From Monocercomonoides exilis PA203 (Eukaryota; Protista; Preaxostyla), in the NCBI GenBank assembly GCA_001643675.2, contig LSRY02000004.1:868001-932000 (forward strand): a stretch of 64,000 nt of DNA. The letters run 5' to 3'. Position 1 is the first letter of the stretch; each line of letters opens with the position of its first letter. Below, one piece after another: positions 23,343 to 34,180 of the stretch. The position numbers and the translations under genes were made by a program. The notes under the pieces are model-generated. The model saw nothing but the letters and a program-made list of their open reading frames with translations, was not told where the DNA came from and did not search any database.

Positions 23343-26300
23343 ATGGTGAGGTGCTCCACCAGCGAAAAAGCTATATTTAATTTTTTTGCATTGTTATTTC
23401 TTGTTGTCCACAGCTGCAGTTGCAGAGACATTGCTGAAAATCGATTTCAACAAATATGCGATGAGGAGAAGCAGAAAGGCGAGATGAGCATTTCAGATGA
23501 AAAAGGAACGGATAACAACATCTTTTCAATTCGAAGGGAGGTGATTGGGAATGTAGCTTGCAATCTGTTGTGTTGTGCTCACACAAGTCTGAATATCATC
23601 AACACCTCGTTGTGTGTGAGCCATCTCACCATGGAACCTCTCAGCGACTATGCATTCCTCACTGCCCAACACCACTCAGCTGCCACCATCTGCTCCTCCA
23701 CTTGCACCATCCACCCACTTTCCCTCAATAACAACCACCACCACAACCACTGCCCCCTCTTCCTCTCTGCACATGCCTCCATTGCCCTCACAAACTTCTC
23801 CCTCATCACCCACCAACCTGCCATCTTCTCCTTCCCACTCTTCTCCATCCCAAACAATCTCCTCCCACATGCCCACTCCCCAATCACTACCTCCTTCTCC
23901 ATCTCCCACTCCTCCTTCTCCTCCTTCATCCCCCTCATCCAGCCCTTCCTTTTTTCTCCTTTATCATCCTCTTCTTCTTCCCTTCTTCATCTCCATCTCC
24001 AAATCCATCTCGATATCCATCTCTCAAGCACACTCTTCACAAATATCACCACTGCACCACAATCCACACACACCATTCCTGTCAAACCCACACACCCACA
24101 CAACTCAATAACCACCACCACCACAAATTCCACTTCCACCAACACCTACACCAATACAATCCCCTCCTTCTCTCTTCACTCATCTCTATCCATCCACTCA
24201 ACCATCTTCCTCCACACCCACAATCCCATCGATGGTGCCATCTTCCCAAATCTCAACAGTCCTTCCACTTCTCTCACTTCATTCAACACCTCTTTCCACC
24301 ACCAAACACGATCTTCACCAAATGCTGCAGAGGTTCATATTGGAACTGAAACTGACAGAAAGAGACCAGGAAGATTGGATTCATTCGATTTGAACAGTCA
24401 TTGCTTCGAATGGTGCACATGGGAAAATTCAAATAGTAGCTCTTTATTTGGTGGTGCTCTTCAAGTTAACTGCCCAAATGCAAATCTCACTATCACTTCT
24501 TGTTTATTTAACAATTGTTCTTGTAAAGGTGAAATGGCAGGCGGAGCGTTGTTCTGTCAAAATTTGTCAAATATCAACATCGCTAAATCCAATTTCTCAA
24601 TTTGTTCTGCTGCTCATGGAGGAGCAGTGGCTTCATGGGGTCCTCAATCAAATTCTGTTTGGACTTTCTCAGAAAACAGAGTTGAAAATTGTTCAATATC
24701 AGGTTGGTGCGGAACTGGTTGGTATTTCAGGCTCAATAACATGACCTCTGATGGCCAATTCCTGTTTTCCAGATGCAAATGTATTTCAATTTCTGGTGGT
24801 AATTCGACTGGTTCTTTAACATTTTATAATCCTCCAGGAACCAAACCAAATCAATTTTTGGTTAATGATTGTCAGTTCATAAATAACAAATTGAAAAGTT
24901 CATCAACTTCCTATAGTGGTGCTGCGCTATGTTACATAAATACTTTCACTTGGATGAGTGGAGCAAAATTAATTGGATTTTGTTTTTTTGATGGTAACAC
25001 AGCGACAAATGGTCAAGGAAACGACGTGTTCTTCGGTGGAAGCAGCATCGCACAATCTCCGTTCGAGAATTGCGGCTCAACAACACCATCAAAAAGAGTC
25101 TGGAACAACAATACGGCAGATAACACCGAGTACAACAGCTGGCTCCCCCTCATTAGTCAGAACAAAATCGTTGCCAACAGTGGTATTGATACAGATGCCT
25201 GTGGCAGACAAGGGCAAACTCCTTGTGCCACCATTGAATATGCTCTTGCTGGCTTCGCTCTCTTTCAAGATGCTTCACTTACCCTACTCATCTCGATTTT
25301 CACTCCTTCTCAAGCACTCACTTTCGTCGCTTCAAACACAAAAATCACAGGAAATGGCACAGATGCCACCATCATCGCCTCCAGTGGAATTCAACAACCA
25401 AATTCTTCTTTATCTCCCTCAACGACTTCTTCACAAGATCTATCTGCCACTTCTGCTCTCTTCCAACAGACCCAGGGTTCCCTCACAGTCTCTGCCCTCG
25501 CCATCGCCCACAACTCCACAAACCAAATCACACCCATCCTCTTCCACCTCTCCGATAACTCCCCTTCCCTCAACCTCAACACAACCACCATCACCGGAAC
25601 AACCTCCACACCAATCACCACACCTCTCTTCTTCATCGCTGCTGGCTCCCTCGCCCTCAACCACACAGCAATCACCAGTCTCGCCCTCAACAACCCCAGC
25701 ATCTTCCACCTCGCCTCCCTCACCGCTCCCCTCGCCCTCAACTCCTCCAACATCACTCACATCACCTCCACTGCCACACACGCCAGCTGTGTCCTTTCCA
25801 CTTCCACCTCCCCTGCCCTCTCCATCTCCCTCGCCAACTGCACCATCACCAACATCAACTCAGCTCCACAAAACCAACAGACTGCAACCAATGGCGGGTG
25901 CATCTCATTCGCCTCATCTGCCTCTGACAATACGTTTACTGTGAGTGACACCACCTTCTCCACCTGCTCTGTGAGCGAGGATACAAGTTCTGGAGGAAGA
26001 GGCGGTGCTCTCATGATCGAGTACAAGGATGATTCAGAAGTGTCATCCACAACCTTTTCCATCACCAATATCGTGTTTTCAGCCAACAAGGCCAGCGTCG
26101 GAAGAGATCTGTATTTTGTGTGTGAATCCCTTGTCGCTTCTGTGAAAGAGCCCTTGTTCGCCTTCATGAGAAGCATCACTGAAAAAGACAACTCGGTTGT
26201 TGGACATGACAGAACAGATGCATTTGGTGATTGGGATGTCGACTTATTCATATTTCTCAATGGATACTTTGCTGACTCAGTGTATGTTGATGGAATATCA

Positions 26301-29300
26301 GGAGTGGAAGAGGTGTATTGCGGTCTGGAAAAAGCACCTTGTAAGAATGTGAACTACGGAATGGGTCATTTGAAGAAAACGCTGAATGTTAAAGAAGAGA
26401 TTATTGTAATTTCAAATTCGTTGGTGACTGGATGCGTGGATGTTGGCAGAATGTGCATAAAGGCAAAAACTGAGACAACTGTGCAGATTGAATGCCAAAC
26501 AGAAGTGAGTGGATCTGAAGAGGAATGTATTCTGAAATCTGCATTACTCACCAAAATGGAGTTCATTGGGATTGTTGTTCCATCGAGTTTTAACAGAACA
26601 ATCTCAGCAGTGATTGAATCAAGCACTCAAAATGGCGAGTTGCACATGAAGAACTGCGCAATGAGCGTGATTGGAGGGAAGCAAAACACTATAAGATTTT
26701 CCTTGATCAAATCAACAGGAAAGATGGTTGAATTGGAGTTTGTCACGATTTCAGATGTGAAATCATCAGTCTCGCTATTTTCATTTTCTCTTTCATCTGC
26801 TAATGCGAATGAAGGAGAGAATGAGCAGGAATATAAAGTGAAATTGTTGAATTGCACGTTGAAAGGATTGGAAATCGATGGAAGTGGAGAAGCAGCAGTG
26901 TTTGGAGGAAACATGGGGGTTGAGATGGCAATAAATCGAAGCAAGATAGAAGGGGCATTATCAGAAAAGAGCAAAGAAGGAGGAGCACTGAAAATAGTGT
27001 TGAATGAAGGAGGATATGTGGCACTTGATTATAGTTCATTTACCGGATGTGTTTGTGAGAATATGAGTGAGGGAGGAAAAGGTGGAGGGATATATCTGGA
27101 TTGCAGTTCAAATGAAGAAGGATTTCAGCTCTCATCAATAACGTTTTCGGGGTGCTCAGCAACAGTTGGGAAGAACATGTTTGTGATGAGTGGGAATCTT
27201 GTAATTACCGTGAATACAGAGCGTTTCGCATTTGATTGCACGGATTACAAGGATGATGGGAATGCATTTGTTGGGGAAGATGGGATTTATGGGGAAATGG
27301 ATCTTCGAGTGTTTCTTGTTTCTTTGAAGTGGATAGATGTGTCTGTGTCGACTGGTGGGCATGACGCGTTGGGATGTGGAAGTGAAAAATTCCCATGTGA
27401 ATCGATGAAAAGTGGAATTGACCACATTGACAGAAGTGGAACGGAAGGAGAAAGGAAAGTGAAAGTGAGGGATGAAGGGACAATTGAAGATATTTATTCT
27501 TTCACAGATGCACTTGCGATTGATGGGTGTGTGAATGAAGGAGATGAAACCAAACACAAGCCTATTCATTTTGAAAGAGCAATCAAAGGGAATTCTGAAT
27601 CGACTTCATCTGTTATTTCATTAACTGCCTCACTCAGCTTGTTGTCTTTGAAGTTACAGATTCCAAGTCAATTTGTACCAAGCATGAATTCCTTGATCTC
27701 ATCGAGTGGAGTTCTTCACCTTGAAAACTGTTTATTTGAGATCCAATCATCAACAGATATTGTTCAATATGCATTGATATCCACAACCAGTGGAAGTTGC
27801 ACATTAAAGGGATGCAGTTTGTCAGATTGTTCATTTATCAAATCACCAATGGTGATGGCTTCTTCTGTTTTATTTGAGAGCAACAACTTTTCACACATTG
27901 AGAATACAGGCAGCAAAGAAGGAGGCGTTGCAAATATCGCATTGAAAGATGAAGAAGAATTGGTGATGAAATCAACAAATGCATCATCGTGTTCACTTTC
28001 ATCAGGCAATGGAAAAGGAGGGTTCTTGTATTTGGATTGTCAAGAATGTTTGAATGAGAAGCCATTTGTTATTGATGTTGGCCTCACTTTTGAGAACAAC
28101 AAAGCAGCCATTGGAAAGAATGTGTTCATTTTGGGAAAGGATTTTAATAATTCAGTGACAAACAATACATTCAAATTTGATTATTCTGCAATGAAGGACG
28201 ATAAAACTCTGTTTGTAGGAAGTGATAGCAATCATCAAGAAAAGGATTTGTTCGTATTCCTCATTCCATTCAGCTCATTTGAGATATTTATCTCATCAGA
28301 AGGATTTGATGTTGCACGTTGTGGAAGTGAGGAAGAACCATGCTTCACAATGTGGAAAGGGATGAAAAATATGATAGAAGGAGAAGGAAATAAAACAGTA
28401 CAAATAACAGGATCAACAACAATTCGAGATTCATTCAACATGTCCAATTATCAGATTAAAAAAAGTGTGAAGATGGGAGAAGAAGATACAAAAGCAATAT
28501 TGTATTTTGAAAAAGCAATTGGAAGTCAACTGGAATATTTTATGGAAAATTATAATCATCTTGAATTGATGAATATCCAACTGCAACTGGCATCTGGGTT
28601 TGACAACTCAGCCAAAACAATTATTTCCAACAAAAATGGAGAATTGGTGATAACTGGATGTTCGTTCCATTCAGATGCAGAAGTGAACAATGGATTTGAT
28701 TGTGTATTTGTGGATGTGATTGGAGGAAGTGTGGATGTGAATGATTTGTCGATGGAATCGTGCAATGTTGGAAATAGCATTTTTGCGATTAACAATACTG
28801 GAGTTTCTTGCCATTTGATGAATGTTCGAGTGGAATCGTTGAATGAAAGTGGAGGTTGCATTTTATCAATCAAGAAATCTGAAACAACAACAAAAACAAA
28901 TGAAGAAGGAATAAATCTTGTGATTGAGAAATCATCATTTTCAGGGGTGAAGAGAAGTGACAATGGAGCAAGCGTTTTGGAGTCAAAAAGCGAGAAAAAG
29001 ATATGTTTGGTTGTGAATGAGAGCGACATTACAGAAGGCAAGACAGAATTGAGTGAAAAAGGAGGAGCAGTATTCTTCACATTGGGAATGTTTGGATCAA
29101 TGAAGATGATTGACTCAACAATCACTCATTGCAGCTGCAGCAACAGCACAGGAAGAGGAGGAGGACTGTATCTGGCAACAAAAGAAAGAGGAGGATTAAA
29201 TTTCACATTTGTGGGGATGAAATTCAGTTCAAATACAGCAAAAGTGGGGAATGATATTTTCATTGAATGCTTCAACATTTCTTCTCAAATCAATGAAAGT

Positions 29301-32300
29301 CAATTTCGGTTTGATCTTCGAGAGGGCCATTATTCACGGATGAATGCGATATTTGGGATTGATAGGTGTGATTACCAAAGTGATACAGATCTGATTGAAT
29401 TTGTGACTATTCATCAGAGCGACACAATCATTGTGAGCAGTATAAGTGGATTGAATGAAAAGAAATGTGGAACAAATGTTCTTCCATGCTATTCAATTGA
29501 TCATGGGCTGATTCACTTGACCTCAGATATTCTGAGTCTGATATTCATTGTTGAAGAAAGTGTGATAGGAGGAGAAATTGATCTGAAGGAAATGAGTTTG
29601 AATTCGAAGAGCAGAGAGATGTGTGAAGTTGAAGTGAAATCAAGCATTGGAAAAACAAGAGAGGCATTGGTAACAACAGCAGGAACAGTCTCATTGTTGA
29701 GGGTGATTTTTGTGTTTGATTCGAATTTCAACTCTCAACAGGAATCGTTGATATCTTCAGAAGGAGGGATTCTTGAGATAATGAATTGTTCATTCACATC
29801 AAAACAATCGACTGAAGAAGGAAATGTAGAATTTGCATATATTCCATTTCACATTATTAATACTGCAAAGGGAGAATTACGACTTGACGGATGTTTTTTG
29901 TCAAATCTGGTGCTCCATAAATCTGTATTTTATCTTTCATCAACTTCTCCATCTGTAATTGATTCATTAACGTTTTGCAATTCAACAATTAAAATTTCTC
30001 TGATAGAAATTTATGAATGTGGATCGTTGAATGTGGATCGATTATATGTTGGAAATGTCACAGTTGAAGAAAACGAAGAATCATTGATATCTTGCTTGCC
30101 AATGAAAAAGACGATGCAATTAACGAATTGCACAATAGGTGGAGTCAGCTCAAACAAAGCAAAAGGAAAATTGATGAAATTAGAGAATTGTACAGATGTG
30201 AAAATGGACAGTTGCATTTTTGATGGGAATTCAAAGGAAAGAAATGAACTGAATTTGAATGTAGAAGAAGAGATTTGCAGATGGGATGGATCTCTTGTGG
30301 ATATTGTGAAGAGTTCAGTTTTGATGAAAGATACAACACTATCAAATTCACCAGATGGCGGAATAACAATGAGTGGAGGAAATGTGAAAATTGAAATGGG
30401 ATTATTTGAAAGCAACAATCCATCAATCGAAGGATTCCCATCTTTGAGAAGAAATATTATGTGTGGAGATGCAGGAACATTGAATGTGTTGAGTTTGAAA
30501 GGTGGAGATGGGGTGCTACCCAACACCTCGATGTGGATTCTGAATGAAGGGTGCTCCGTTGGGGGGATGGCTGAAGAAAGAGAATCTGTTTTCTTTATTC
30601 CGTTGCTCGAGTCAGTGGAGAAAGAAGATGAAGGAACTGCGACAAAGCTTAAGATTAAAGGGCAGCTTCTTTTACCTTGCAATCTGATGTTGAGATTAGT
30701 TTTCAGGAGGGGCAGCGAAGAGCAGATTGAGAAATACGGTTTTGACACAGATGGGTTTATCTCGGAAAATGAAGTTCACTCATGGGTATCAACAGAAAAG
30801 CTGGGAAATATCGAAGATGAAACAGAAGTTTCTGTGTTGCTTCAATATGGAGATCCCACAGCGCCGAATTTTTCCAATTCATTCATTCTGAAGAACAAAA
30901 GTGAAACAAAAGTGAATGGAGATGGAAATCTTTCTGAAGGAGGAAAAGAAGGAAAGTCTAATTGGTTGTTGATTGTGATTGTGCTTATTGTGATATTATT
31001 TATTGTTTTCATCGGATTTGTAATTGTTGTTGTTCGGTGGAGAAAAGGAAAAGAAGAAATCAGGAAATATAAGGAAATTGTGAATGATAACATAATGAAG
31101 GATCCTAAACTGATTGAGATGACTACGATGGAGATGTCTCCTGAGGAGCAGTGGAGGAGAGCAGAGAGGGAGGCAGAGAAGAAGAATGAAGAGAGGATCA
31201 AGAAGAGGGTGTATGATACGAATATGCAACATTCTGAATCATCAGAGCATCTTTTGAGTGAGAGTGGCTCCACTGAATACATTTTGGGAAGAGATTCAGA
31301 CAAGATTCCTCAATGGGCACTGGAGAAAGATGAGGAAGAGGAAATTCGAAAGCAGACACCATCACCATCCATCTCATCCGCTTCAACAACAGACACTTCA
31401 GACACAGATTCAACGTTTGTTCGATCGGAGAGTCTGTGTCCAACCACCTCATCGATGTCGAATCTGGTGGATGCAATGGCCTGTTCATCGCCTCACGAGA
31501 AATTGATTGTGGACTTGAGGGATTCATTGTTCATGCTGCTGCACGGAAGGAATGAGAAGAAGGAGATGGCAATTGGCACGCTTCAGGAGAGAGAATATAC
31601 AGCTGTCCAAATCCTGTTCTGGGTGGCTAACCTTGCACTCCACTTCTTTGATGAGATGGAAAACCCTCTTCAGTCACTTGCCAATCTGAGTCCTCACATT
31701 GTGCTGTTCTCAGAACATATGGTGATATGCATTGTGATGCACTCTGATTTGCTTTCATCTGATGGTGATTCAGATTCATCATCCATCTCTTCATCGACTG
31801 TTGTGACATCTGCAAGTGATGATGATGATGAAAGTGACTCTCTGCCCTCGTCAGCCTTTGAGGATGAAGATAGTTTCAAAAAAGAGTGCCTGAGGTGGAT
31901 GGCGCCTGAGCTGCTGATGAACAAGAAGATGGGGGCAACAAAGGAATCAGTTGCCTTTTCAATTGGGATGATGCTGTGGGAATGTTTGACGCTGAAGATC
32001 CCGTTTGGGGAGTATGAGGCAGAGGTGGCGGGACAGAAGATTGTGAATGGAGAGAGGCCAAAAATCGAAGCAATCCAAAAACAAACACTTATAGAAATAG
32101 TAAAGCTATGTTTTTCGAGCAAGATGAACAAGCGTCCATCGCTTCTATATTTGAAGAGAGAGTTTATTCAGCTCTTTCCACCAGGAGCTGTAATGCTCAC
32201 TGTGACTGATGCGATTTGCATTGAAAACACATCAGATGAGAGAAATGAGAGTTTGATTTGCGAGAGCAATGAAAAAGAGAAAAACAATAACCAGGAGGAT

Positions 32301-32405
32301 GTGCCAACTGGATGTTTCGAAACGAAAAATAATGAAATAGCAGAACACTTCATAATAATGAATAACCCTTCAAGTGATTTCGTTTTGATTCTTGAAAACA
32401 AATGA
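23343..32405 (+). CDS. Large type-I membrane receptor: signal peptide, beta-helix (pectin-lyase-like) ectodomain repeats, TM helix, degenerate kinase-like C-lobe (~3,020 aa)
   Basis: First ATG at 23343 with a hydrophobic leader. Many GGA(L/I/V) and F..C/N motifs. Five G....(x)CG....(x)PC repeats about 1 kb apart. TM NWLLIVIVLIVILFIVFIGFVIVVVRWRK (~30960-31040). RWMAPEL...FSIGMMLWECLTLKIPF..GERP. Confidence 0.88.
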   Translation: MVRCSTSEKAIFNFFALLFLVVHSCSCRDIAENRFQQICDEEKQKGEMSISDEKGTDNNIFSIRREVIGNVACNLLCCAHTSLNIINTSLCVSHLTMEPLSDYAFLTAQHHSAATICSSTCTIHPLSLNNNHHHNHCPLFLSAHASIALTNFSLITHQPAIFSFPLFSIPNNLLPHAHSPITTSFSISHSSFSSFIPLIQPFLFSPLSSSSSSLLHLHLQIHLDIHLSSTLFTNITTAPQSTHTIPVKPTHPHNSITTTTTNSTSTNTYTNTIPSFSLHSSLSIHSTIFLHTHNPIDGAIFPNLNSPSTSLTSFNTSFHHQTRSSPNAAEVHIGTETDRKRPGRLDSFDLNSHCFEWCTWENSNSSSLFGGALQVNCPNANLTITSCLFNNCSCKGEMAGGALFCQNLSNINIAKSNFSICSAAHGGAVASWGPQSNSVWTFSENRVENCSISGWCGTGWYFRLNNMTSDGQFLFSRCKCISISGGNSTGSLTFYNPPGTKPNQFLVNDCQFINNKLKSSSTSYSGAALCYINTFTWMSGAKLIGFCFFDGNTATNGQGNDVFFGGSSIAQSPFENCGSTTPSKRVWNNNTADNTEYNSWLPLISQNKIVANSGIDTDACGRQGQTPCATIEYALAGFALFQDASLTLLISIFTPSQALTFVASNTKITGNGTDATIIASSGIQQPNSSLSPSTTSSQDLSATSALFQQTQGSLTVSALAIAHNSTNQITPILFHLSDNSPSLNLNTTTITGTTSTPITTPLFFIAAGSLALNHTAITSLALNNPSIFHLASLTAPLALNSSNITHITSTATHASCVLSTSTSPALSISLANCTITNINSAPQNQQTATNGGCISFASSASDNTFTVSDTTFSTCSVSEDTSSGGRGGALMIEYKDDSEVSSTTFSITNIVFSANKASVGRDLYFVCESLVASVKEPLFAFMRSITEKDNSVVGHDRTDAFGDWDVDLFIFLNGYFADSVYVDGISGVEEVYCGLEKAPCKNVNYGMGHLKKTLNVKEEIIVISNSLVTGCVDVGRMCIKAKTETTVQIECQTEVSGSEEECILKSALLTKMEFIGIVVPSSFNRTISAVIESSTQNGELHMKNCAMSVIGGKQNTIRFSLIKSTGKMVELEFVTISDVKSSVSLFSFSLSSANANEGENEQEYKVKLLNCTLKGLEIDGSGEAAVFGGNMGVEMAINRSKIEGALSEKSKEGGALKIVLNEGGYVALDYSSFTGCVCENMSEGGKGGGIYLDCSSNEEGFQLSSITFSGCSATVGKNMFVMSGNLVITVNTERFAFDCTDYKDDGNAFVGEDGIYGEMDLRVFLVSLKWIDVSVSTGGHDALGCGSEKFPCESMKSGIDHIDRSGTEGERKVKVRDEGTIEDIYSFTDALAIDGCVNEGDETKHKPIHFERAIKGNSESTSSVISLTASLSLLSLKLQIPSQFVPSMNSLISSSGVLHLENCLFEIQSSTDIVQYALISTTSGSCTLKGCSLSDCSFIKSPMVMASSVLFESNNFSHIENTGSKEGGVANIALKDEEELVMKSTNASSCSLSSGNGKGGFLYLDCQECLNEKPFVIDVGLTFENNKAAIGKNVFILGKDFNNSVTNNTFKFDYSAMKDDKTLFVGSDSNHQEKDLFVFLIPFSSFEIFISSEGFDVARCGSEEEPCFTMWKGMKNMIEGEGNKTVQITGSTTIRDSFNMSNYQIKKSVKMGEEDTKAILYFEKAIGSQLEYFMENYNHLELMNIQLQLASGFDNSAKTIISNKNGELVITGCSFHSDAEVNNGFDCVFVDVIGGSVDVNDLSMESCNVGNSIFAINNTGVSCHLMNVRVESLNESGGCILSIKKSETTTKTNEEGINLVIEKSSFSGVKRSDNGASVLESKSEKKICLVVNESDITEGKTELSEKGGAVFFTLGMFGSMKMIDSTITHCSCSNSTGRGGGLYLATKERGGLNFTFVGMKFSSNTAKVGNDIFIECFNISSQINESQFRFDLREGHYSRMNAIFGIDRCDYQSDTDLIEFVTIHQSDTIIVSSISGLNEKKCGTNVLPCYSIDHGLIHLTSDILSLIFIVEESVIGGEIDLKEMSLNSKSREMCEVEVKSSIGKTREALVTTAGTVSLLRVIFVFDSNFNSQQESLISSEGGILEIMNCSFTSKQSTEEGNVEFAYIPFHIINTAKGELRLDGCFLSNLVLHKSVFYLSSTSPSVIDSLTFCNSTIKISLIEIYECGSLNVDRLYVGNVTVEENEESLISCLPMKKTMQLTNCTIGGVSSNKAKGKLMKLENCTDVKMDSCIFDGNSKERNELNLNVEEEICRWDGSLVDIVKSSVLMKDTTLSNSPDGGITMSGGNVKIEMGLFESNNPSIEGFPSLRRNIMCGDAGTLNVLSLKGGDGVLPNTSMWILNEGCSVGGMAEERESVFFIPLLESVEKEDEGTATKLKIKGQLLLPCNLMLRLVFRRGSEEQIEKYGFDTDGFISENEVHSWVSTEKLGNIEDETEVSVLLQYGDPTAPNFSNSFILKNKSETKVNGDGNLSEGGKEGKSNWLLIVIVLIVILFIVFIGFVIVVVRWRKGKEEIRKYKEIVNDNIMKDPKLIEMTTMEMSPEEQWRRAEREAEKKNEERIKKRVYDTNMQHSESSEHLLSESGSTEYILGRDSDKIPQWALEKDEEEEIRKQTPSPSISSASTTDTSDTDSTFVRSESLCPTTSSMSNLVDAMACSSPHEKLIVDLRDSLFMLLHGRNEKKEMAIGTLQEREYTAVQILFWVANLALHFFDEMENPLQSLANLSPHIVLFSEHMVICIVMHSDLLSSDGDSDSSSISSSTVVTSASDDDDESDSLPSSAFEDEDSFKKECLRWMAPELLMNKKMGATKESVAFSIGMMLWECLTLKIPFGEYEAEVAGQKIVNGERPKIEAIQKQTLIEIVKLCFSSKMNKRPSLLYLKREFIQLFPPGAVMLTVTDAICIENTSDERNESLICESNEKEKNNNQEDVPTGCFETKNNEIAEHFIIMNNPSSDFVLILENK

Positions 32406-33347
32406 TTTTTAACATTTAATTTTTTTTTGCACGTCATGCCATTCAATGGAATTAGTGATGATGAAAAGTTTTTACCAAAATGAAAGCAGATATTGTTTCT
32501 TTTCTTTGATTTTGCTTATGAAATGCTGATATGATGTATAAACTGAACATGTACCTTTTTTTCGTGGATGAAACTTGGTTAATCATCATCAGCCTCTCGT
32601 TGATCCGTTTGAGATTAATGTCTTTTTGAAGAGCCAAAAGTCAATTTATAATATAAACATTATAATTTTGGTAAATTAATAATTGTTGTTTCAAAGTGAG
32701 AACTCAAAACACAAAACGTTTAATACTTGAAGAATCAAAAATTTTGTGAAATAGAAAAATATTTGGTTCACTTTTGACTTTTTAAAAATTGTGATTTATT
32801 GAATGTTCTTTTGAATGTGAATTTATTTTTATTTGTTCTTTTTTTTTTTTTGTTTTTGATTGATGTGTACTAAAAAGAAAGTGATTTCTTTCAGCGCTTT
32901 TATATTCATTTTAAACAGTTAAATGCAGTGCGTTACTATTTGTTTTTTATTTCCGTTTATTATTCACTGAGAAATTGAAGATTTTTGTAAAATGAAGCTG
33001 CTTTTTCTTGTCGATCAAGCCTTTCCCCTAAAACTTCGAATTACTGTTTTATGAAATGTTTTCTTTCACTTTTTTATCATTTGAAATTATGAATTGAAGA
33101 AATTCTTTTTTTCCTTGTCATTTTCTCATAACACTTTTATCATTTCACACAAACACAAATTTATATTTTTCTTTTCATATAAAATGTCATCCGAAAAATT
33201 TTCACATCATTTTTTAAAAAAATTATACAAATATTTAATTAGTGTTATAAGATAATCACACTTGGATATTTGCTCAATCTCGTTTTCATATAAAAGTTTG
33301 ATCTGAGATTTATTAAAAGTTAGCTCATTATTGCTTTTTGTGAAATG

Positions 33348-33367
33348 CAGAGAGAGAGAGAGAGAGA

Positions 33368-33415
<48 letters not shown>
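33348..33415 (+). repeat. (GA)n microsatellite
   Basis: About 33 dinucleotide units with two GAAA interruptions. Confidence 0.95.
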
Positions 33416-33418
<3 letters not shown>

Positions 33419-34180
33419 AACTTTTTTTTTCATTTTGACTATCAATAACGAAAATATTTCAAAAATGAAAATGTCGCATATTAAAATTGACAACAACTGT
33501 TCTCTTTTTATTCATTAACTTTTTTTCCTTTATTTTTTCAAAAAATTGTTCTTTAAACAAGAACAACGCTCAACTGAATCATTTATTTTGATTAATTTTT
33601 TATAAGACTTCCAAATGAGAATTATTTAGTTCTCAAAAATTGAAGGAATCTTGAAATGCATTTTGTTTTTTAAAAATTAATCATTTCAATGTTTAATATC
33701 ATGAAAAAAAGATCAATTGAGTTAAAAGGATTGACACAGATATAAAACAAGAAATATAAAAATGAGGAAATTCCAATCGAGAATAATGTTCACGCTGCAG
33801 CTCTTAATGAAGTTAAAAATTAACTTAATAACTTCAAAAAAAGAGAAATGCAAAAGTACCTTTTTTTTCAATTGGAATTTGAGGAATTTTTATAGTATTT
33901 TTTCCCCATTAATTTTAAATATTATCATTCATTAATTTTTCAAGTTTTGCTAACCCTGAATCCTTCCATGTATCAAAAACAGTTTATCGAACATTTTCTA
34001 AGTTTCTCTTTCCATTTTTCTCAATTCTTTTCTTTTTTGAAATGTAGAATAAATCATTAAAATGATTTCATTAGCATATCTTCTTTCTTAATTTACATCT
34101 GTTCAAAGCATCAACTTTCAATTTTTCGATTTTTTAAAAAATCAATAATTCGAAATTTGTGAGAATTATCAATCAATCTT

